DNA from: an uncultured bacterium
GTDB taxonomy: Bacteria > UBP4 > UBA4092
Direction of reading: 5' to 3'
DNA length: 64,000 nucleotides
Assembly: GCA_963768165.1 (NCBI GenBank)
Contig: CAVYHJ010000002.1
Coordinates: 389,067-453,066, forward strand
Shown here piece by piece: positions 58,891 to 64,000 of the stretch (position 1 is its first letter; every line of letters begins with the position of its first letter). The translations under genes were made by a program, and so were the position numbers. Below the pieces are notes generated by a model. That model searched no databases and was not told the DNA's origin. It was given only the letters and a program-made list of their open reading frames with translations.

Positions 58891-59625
58891 ATGCCTTATT
58901 TAAAAGAAATTAGATTTGATTGGTCTAAAACAAATACTCTGAAAGAATATCCGTTTAACATTCCATCAATAAGTAAAATTAAACATATTCGTTTCAATAA
59001 AAATGTGACGTTTTTTGTTGGTGAAAATGGGTCGGGTAAGTCAACATTGTTGGAAGCTATCGCGTATCATTGCGGGTTCAATGTCGAGGGTGGGAATCGG
59101 AATACAAACTTTTCGACAACGAACTCGGATAACGGTTTTCATCGGATTATGAAATTAGTTTGGTTTCCAAAAATAACTAATGGATTTTTTCTACGGGCTG
59201 AAAGTTTTTACGACTACGCCAGTTATCTAGATCAATTGCAGAAAGAAGACCCGCGTGCCTTAGATAGTTATGGCGGGAAATCGTTACATGAACAATCTCA
59301 TGGAGAATCATTTTTTGCATTATTTCATCATCGGTTGGGTAAACAAAATTTCTTAATTTTTGACGAGCCAGAAGCTGCATTATCGCCCTTGCGCCAATTA
59401 GCTTTCATTCGATTCCTTTGGGATTTGGAAATGGAAAAGAAATGTCAGATTTTAGTAGCGACTCACTCACCTATTATCCTTGCCTATCCCAATTCTGAAA
59501 TATGGACATTGGATGAATCCCTCATGAAGAAAATTTCTTATAAAGATACCCAACATTATCAACTCACCAAACGTTTTTTAAACACTCCACAGGAAATTTT
59601 AAATCAACTTCTAAATAATGATTGA
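58891..59625 (+). CDS. small AAA/ABC-type ATPase (AAA_21-like), standalone
   Basis: 244 aa; Walker A GENGSGKST, Walker B LIFDEPEAALSP, H-loop ATHSP. Confidence 0.6.
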   Translation: MPYLKEIRFDWSKTNTLKEYPFNIPSISKIKHIRFNKNVTFFVGENGSGKSTLLEAIAYHCGFNVEGGNRNTNFSTTNSDNGFHRIMKLVWFPKITNGFFLRAESFYDYASYLDQLQKEDPRALDSYGGKSLHEQSHGESFFALFHHRLGKQNFLIFDEPEAALSPLRQLAFIRFLWDLEMEKKCQILVATHSPIILAYPNSEIWTLDESLMKKISYKDTQHYQLTKRFLNTPQEILNQLLNND

Positions 59626-59645
59626 TCTTCTATGGTTACCTGGTG

Positions 59646-61604
59646 TTACTTTTCAGGCGGATTAGATGATTGAGAGTTGGCGGTTGTATCTTGTACAGGA
59701 GTTGGTTTTTTCTTAAGGATTTTCAATTCGGTTTGCAATTTAAATGTCCCGCCGTCCTTGGTATCCAACTGAACTTCCAATGGCGTGAGTCCCACCGTCG
59801 CGGAATCGGAAATATTCAACTTATATTGAATTTCCTTTTCTTCGCCCGGTTTAATTGTCACGAATTTTTCCTGTTCCTCGCCAATAATATTTCGATTAAT
59901 AGAATCGGATATTTTGACGGCGAGATTCCCGATTAAATCCTTGGAAAAAATATTCCTCAATTCAATCCCCATATCCAACCCCTGACCCTGTTGAACCTGT
60001 GAAACCGGCAATTTTAAATTAATGATTTGGGACACGTCTTTTAATTCCGTAAAATCGCCGGAAATATAAACCGGACTATCCGTCAGAGTTACGGAAATAT
60101 CTTTATCGATCGGCAATAACGTAATAGTGTTACCGTAGAGATCCGTCACCTTCAAAGAATTGGCATCTGATTTCATTCCCACTGTGACACTCCCCGAAGT
60201 GCGCCAAGCGACCAGCAAACTTTGATTATCTTTCTTAAACGCATAGACCGAGCAATCGTTACCCAAATTAAGTGTACTGACGAAATCATACCCGTTTAAC
60301 TGGCGCGCCATGTTGGCTAGTGCGACGTAAGACGGTTTGGGTGAGAAATCGGATTCGAGGATACCTTCAAGGTGTTTCATGTCTTCTGTGGATGACCCGG
60401 AATCACGAAAGGTATTCCAAAATACTTTATCCGCCGTTGCGGAATAGCAGGAAAGAATATAACTCCGCACCAAGGCGGAGGCTTGAGCGGTATAGGAATC
60501 TTCGCCGGGATTATCGGATGAATGGGTAGGCCAGCCGATTCCCGTCAGCCAAATTTCTTTTCCTTTACCGTATTGCTCAAGGAGTTGAGAGACTTGTGCC
60601 GTATTTTCTGTAATTTGTTTTTGGTTCGGATGAAGGACAATCCCGTCTAATGAATCGCCTCCCCCGGCTTTTAAAAGTTGATTAATGAAAGTAGTATCTT
60701 CATCCCACCGTGCCGGTACGATAATATTACATTGTGGGTCGGCATCTTTTGCCGCGCGAAAAGCGGTTTTCAACAATCCTGCATATTGTTCGGGAGTGGT
60801 TGTGGAAGAGTCATCCGTAAAATTAATAGGAATTTCCCATGATTTAATTTTGTCTTTATAACGGGTGATGACTTGGGAGACAAATTCGGCAAATAGTTTA
60901 TTCCTGTCACCGGTGGAGGATTTGCTCCAATCCGGACAGTGGTTTAATACGCCCAAGGTGTCCAAATGGAAACGTTTAGCAGAGATAGCGGCATTGTCCG
61001 AATCTTTCCAGTCCCATTGGTCGGGTTGGGGTTGAATCTTTCGCCACTCGAATTCCTGGCGAATCCAATGAATGCCCGCGAGTTCCATTAATTGGCCGGA
61101 ATTTTCTGTCTGTGCGCTGGACAACTCCGCCAGATTTAAATCCACACCAAAACTGGAATCGAATCCTGTCGCGGGTGGTGCGGATATCCATGCCAGATTA
61201 ATTTTCTGGGTAAGGAGGGTATGCTCACCGTCGCGCAAAGTGATTTGCAATTGATACCAGCCGTTCAAGTTATGGTTCACGAAAATGGGATAAATAAAAC
61301 CGCCATTCTGCCAACGGGTCAGGTGTTCTTCTTTTTCGGAGACCAACTTGTTCTCGATGTTGAAAATCTGCCAATGAAAATATATATTTTTGACGGTATC
61401 GGGGATATGCGTGACAGTGATTTTGAATTGCGCCGTGTCACCCGCCAAAAAGATATTTCCTGGACGCGAAGATTTATAAGAAATCGCCAATTTTGGGTTA
61501 TCTACGGAACTTGTGGTGGGTACGAGAACTTGCCCATAAGTCACCGTCACCGCTGATAACAGCAATAGAAGGGTCACTATTTGTAGATGAAACCGTATTC
61601 TCAT
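59646..61604 (-). CDS. secreted TIM-barrel glycoside-hydrolase-like protein with N- and C-terminal beta-sandwich domains
   Basis: 652 aa; signal peptide; …ELAGIHWIRQEFEWRKIQPQPDQWDW… and …EIWLTGIGWP… resemble clan GH-A hydrolases; family not assignable by eye. Confidence 0.45.
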   Translation of the reverse strand: MRIRFHLQIVTLLLLLSAVTVTYGQVLVPTTSSVDNPKLAISYKSSRPGNIFLAGDTAQFKITVTHIPDTVKNIYFHWQIFNIENKLVSEKEEHLTRWQNGGFIYPIFVNHNLNGWYQLQITLRDGEHTLLTQKINLAWISAPPATGFDSSFGVDLNLAELSSAQTENSGQLMELAGIHWIRQEFEWRKIQPQPDQWDWKDSDNAAISAKRFHLDTLGVLNHCPDWSKSSTGDRNKLFAEFVSQVITRYKDKIKSWEIPINFTDDSSTTTPEQYAGLLKTAFRAAKDADPQCNIIVPARWDEDTTFINQLLKAGGGDSLDGIVLHPNQKQITENTAQVSQLLEQYGKGKEIWLTGIGWPTHSSDNPGEDSYTAQASALVRSYILSCYSATADKVFWNTFRDSGSSTEDMKHLEGILESDFSPKPSYVALANMARQLNGYDFVSTLNLGNDCSVYAFKKDNQSLLVAWRTSGSVTVGMKSDANSLKVTDLYGNTITLLPIDKDISVTLTDSPVYISGDFTELKDVSQIINLKLPVSQVQQGQGLDMGIELRNIFSKDLIGNLAVKISDSINRNIIGEEQEKFVTIKPGEEKEIQYKLNISDSATVGLTPLEVQLDTKDGGTFKLQTELKILKKKPTPVQDTTANSQSSNPPEK

Positions 61605-61785
61605 GAGGTCATTTTAGTATAGCGTGACGGACGGAAAAATTAAAGGGAGGGAAAGTAAATTCTACGCATCAAAACCCTTTAAATACCGAACCTATACTGG
61701 AGAGGGACTGGAATTGCTAATAGCAACTCCAGTCCTACTCCGCTTTAGATACGGTATTTATTGAGTTTTGAACGCTTGACGGTTG

Positions 61786-62271
61786 TTACCAGGGGAAGTT
61801 CCAAAACCAGTTACTGCGGGAGGAACGCCAGTTTATGGCAAGTTCTTTAATTCTTTCCTCATAACGAATGTCTCCTGCCAGACCTTCTCCGATTCCTGAC
61901 ACATCCGGGTTGACTTTGTGATATTGGGCAATTTTCTCGATTTTTCCGCCGTCTACCCAAATCCCCTTACACGGAGTGCATTTATCCAGAATAATATTGG
62001 AGTCGTAACAATAATTGTAGGAGGTCATAGTCTGATGGCATTTGGGACAGGGTTTGGGTGGTTCCTGGATTTTGATTTCACCAATAGCGGAAATTTTGTC
62101 CATTGAAATCGGGAGTTCCGGAATATCTTTTCGTTCAATAAGCATATCTTCAATATATTCCTTGAGTTCCCCTTGCTCGAACCAAATCCCCCCGCATTGG
62201 GTGCAAACCATAATAGGGACTTGATAGTACATTTTCTGGACTAAAGCATTATTACACACTGGACATAACAT
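61786..62271 (-). CDS. tandem zinc-ribbon protein (two CPxC…CxxC-G-I/V-W modules)
   Basis: 161 aa; MLCPVCNNAL…CTQCGGIWFEQGEL and CPKCHQTM…CTPCKGIWVDGGKI. Confidence 0.6.
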   Translation of the reverse strand: MLCPVCNNALVQKMYYQVPIMVCTQCGGIWFEQGELKEYIEDMLIERKDIPELPISMDKISAIGEIKIQEPPKPCPKCHQTMTSYNYCYDSNIILDKCTPCKGIWVDGGKIEKIAQYHKVNPDVSGIGEGLAGDIRYEERIKELAINWRSSRSNWFWNFPW

Positions 62272-62302
62272 AGTATTCTCTCCTCAGTTTAAGTGTCGCC
62301 CT

Positions 62303-62785
62303 TCATATCCACAAGTATCCTCCAGGACGCATGTTTAAGAATTTACCGACTCGTGCCATTTTTAATAGTAATTGAAGACTCCTATCGTCTTTGATAATTT
62401 CGTCGCCGATCACTTTATAATCCGAATGGTCTTTGACCTCCAGCACCAGTTGGTTGATTTTGGAACTATCCACCCATACCCCATGACAGTCCATACAGCG
62501 GTATAAATGGATATTGGCTTCCAAATCATAACTGTACCATTTCATGGGTTTATTGCATTGCGGACAAGGCTGGAGAATTTGCGGAACAATATTTTCGGTA
62601 TTGATTTTCCAGTGGGAGGAAGTTTCAGTACCGGGGACATAATCGGCATACTTGATATGCAATTGGATAAATGGTTCCAATTTATCCTGAGAGAGCCAGA
62701 CTCCCGAACAGTTGGGACATATATCCAAATCCAGATTTTCATAACCGCTCTTCTGAAGTTCTGCATTACACGCCGGACATTTCAT
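62303..62785 (-). CDS. tandem zinc-ribbon protein (paralog)
   Basis: 160 aa; MKCPACNAEL…CPNCSGVWLSQDKL and CPQCNKPM…CMDCHGVWVDSSKI. Confidence 0.6.
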   Translation of the reverse strand: MKCPACNAELQKSGYENLDLDICPNCSGVWLSQDKLEPFIQLHIKYADYVPGTETSSHWKINTENIVPQILQPCPQCNKPMKWYSYDLEANIHLYRCMDCHGVWVDSSKINQLVLEVKDHSDYKVIGDEIIKDDRSLQLLLKMARVGKFLNMRPGGYLWI

Positions 62786-62793
62786 AGGAATTG

Positions 62794-63918
62794 TTATACT
62801 CTCTTTCGCTTCATAATCCTAAAAGGTATCGCTATTATAACACCGCAGAGAAACCCGCCGATGTGTGCTCCATAGCCAATTTGCGCAATCAAATTTCCTG
62901 ATGCCAAAAGCAACCCGTACACCATCTGGAAAAAGAACCAGGCAAAGATATAAATGAATGCGGGAATGTCCACGGTATTAATCACGATTAAGGTCTTGAT
63001 TTTAGCGGTGGGATACAACACCAAAAACGCGCCCATGACCCCCGATATAGCGCCACTGGCGCCAATGGAAACGGTCTGCATATCGCCAGTCAACAATATG
63101 TGAAACCCACTTCCGGCGATTCCAAACAGCAGATAAAGAAAAAGATATTTGAGGTGTCCCATAGCGTCTTCCACATTGTCGCTGAATATCCAAAAGAATA
63201 ACATATTTCCCGACAAGTGCAGAATACTAACATGAAGGAAGAGAGAGGTAATGAACCGGTAATATTCTCCATTTTGCAGAACGGCGGACGGGAGAAAACC
63301 ATACTGATGAATTAGGGTATCCAACGTATCCCAATTTATTATTTCATAAATGAACGCACCAACATTCAGCAGAATAATCCCAATGGTCACGTAAGGAAAA
63401 GTCTTGGAACGAAAATCCAGACCTAGAGGGAGAATAGGTCCGGAGGGACTGGCTGCCGCACTATGGCTTAAAGTGTCACCCAGTTCCACAAGGTCTTTAA
63501 TAGTTTCCTTGGTTTTTTCCTCTCTGACCAAATCATTTCCGAGGGCGTTCATGGTGGGGTTGCCTTTGAAATAGACCGCGAATTGAGACAGGAGCGATTT
63601 TGGAGTCCAAAGTCCGTGACACTTAGGACATTTGTTGACGAGAATGTTGGAATCATAACCATAATTAATCAGTGTCATGAGACAATGGCAACGCGGGCAA
63701 GTTTTGGTGCCGTGAGGCAAATTTTCTTCACCGATAATCAGCTTGTGATATTCCAATTTTGCGGCGGGGAGGTCAGGGTGGTCTATAAAATATTGGCTGA
63801 TATAGTCCCTGAGTTGGTTTTTTTCAAACCAAATGCCAGCGCACTGAGGACATTCTTGTATACTGACCCCATGATAGTCCACATGCGAAAAAGGTGCATG
63901 ACATTCAGGGCATTCCAT
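62794..63918 (-). CDS. rhomboid-family intramembrane serine protease with N-terminal tandem zinc-ribbon domain
   Basis: 374 aa; N-terminus MECPECHAPF…CPQCAGIWFEKNQL + CPRCHCLM…CPKCHGLWTPKSL; TM core with GASGAISGVMGAF (GxSG) and GAHIGGFLCG (catalytic His). Confidence 0.7.
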   Translation of the reverse strand: MECPECHAPFSHVDYHGVSIQECPQCAGIWFEKNQLRDYISQYFIDHPDLPAAKLEYHKLIIGEENLPHGTKTCPRCHCLMTLINYGYDSNILVNKCPKCHGLWTPKSLLSQFAVYFKGNPTMNALGNDLVREEKTKETIKDLVELGDTLSHSAAASPSGPILPLGLDFRSKTFPYVTIGIILLNVGAFIYEIINWDTLDTLIHQYGFLPSAVLQNGEYYRFITSLFLHVSILHLSGNMLFFWIFSDNVEDAMGHLKYLFLYLLFGIAGSGFHILLTGDMQTVSIGASGAISGVMGAFLVLYPTAKIKTLIVINTVDIPAFIYIFAWFFFQMVYGLLLASGNLIAQIGYGAHIGGFLCGVIIAIPFRIMKRKRV

Positions 63919-64000
63919 AATGGCGATAATATATCACATATAGGTTCTTTATCAAACAATGTCTTATTCATTTTAAATTAGTTAAACATGGAAAAGATTT

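Noticed and set aside
1-64000. Possibility of an alternative genetic code (in-frame stop between Kelch and module ORFs)
   Set aside because: The in-frame stop is TAA, not TGA. All housekeeping genes (lepB, accC, lysC, etc.) terminate normally at TGA/TAA/TAG and have no internal stops, so standard code 11 fits.
1-64000. CRISPR arrays, rRNA, tmRNA, RNase P, SRP RNA
   Set aside because: No regularly spaced direct repeats and no recognisable conserved RNA signature sequences were seen on reading both strands. I cannot exclude small ncRNAs without covariance-model searches.

Overview
This 64-kb window reads as a standard-genetic-code bacterial chromosome segment (moderate GC, long ORFs ending in normal stops) that mixes core genes with accessory and mobile DNA. 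Core genes include lysC, accB-accC, lepA-lepB-lepB-hemW, nnr, a ROK kinase, a sigma-54 activator, ctpA and pdxH. I did not find any convincing rRNA, tRNA or CRISPR array.

Main content by position:
- 1-1226 (-): a class-B (B12-binding) radical SAM gene that runs off the window start.
- 1.4-12.2 kb (-): the most interesting locus. A 1748-aa secreted giant protein (beta-helix plus glycoside-hydrolase-like barrel plus a ~125-aa C-terminal module) is followed by three diverged secreted Kelch beta-propeller paralogs. Interleaved with them are two nearly identical orphan copies of the giant protein's C-terminal module, with conserved junction and 3' end. One orphan module is in frame with the upstream Kelch gene across a single TAA; the other overlaps it in a different frame. 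The third Kelch gene is split by an IS4-family insertion. The layout resembles polymorphic-toxin or cassette-exchange loci.
- 12.9-19.1 kb (+): a CUT1-type ABC sugar-uptake locus with three tandem lipoprotein solute-binding paralogs and two permeases, but no ATPase.
- 21.9-32.5 kb: two near-identical IS5-family copies in inverted orientation bracket about 8 kb of ordinary genes. A truncated rsmE remnant sits at one junction.
- 32.5-34.8 kb: an AT-rich islet holding a GIY-YIG protein, a YwbE-like protein and a membrane-anchored GyrI-like protein.
- Scattered: a third IS family, three GT-C type membrane glycosyltransferases (two GT39/ArnT-like, one DUF2723-TPR), a CPBP-protease/ankyrin fusion, and an orphan AAA ATPase.
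- 61.8-63.9 kb (-): three paralogous tandem zinc-ribbon genes, the last fused to a rhomboid protease.

All coordinates come from reading the sequence and the ORF track. Family assignments are motif-level recognition, not database searches.
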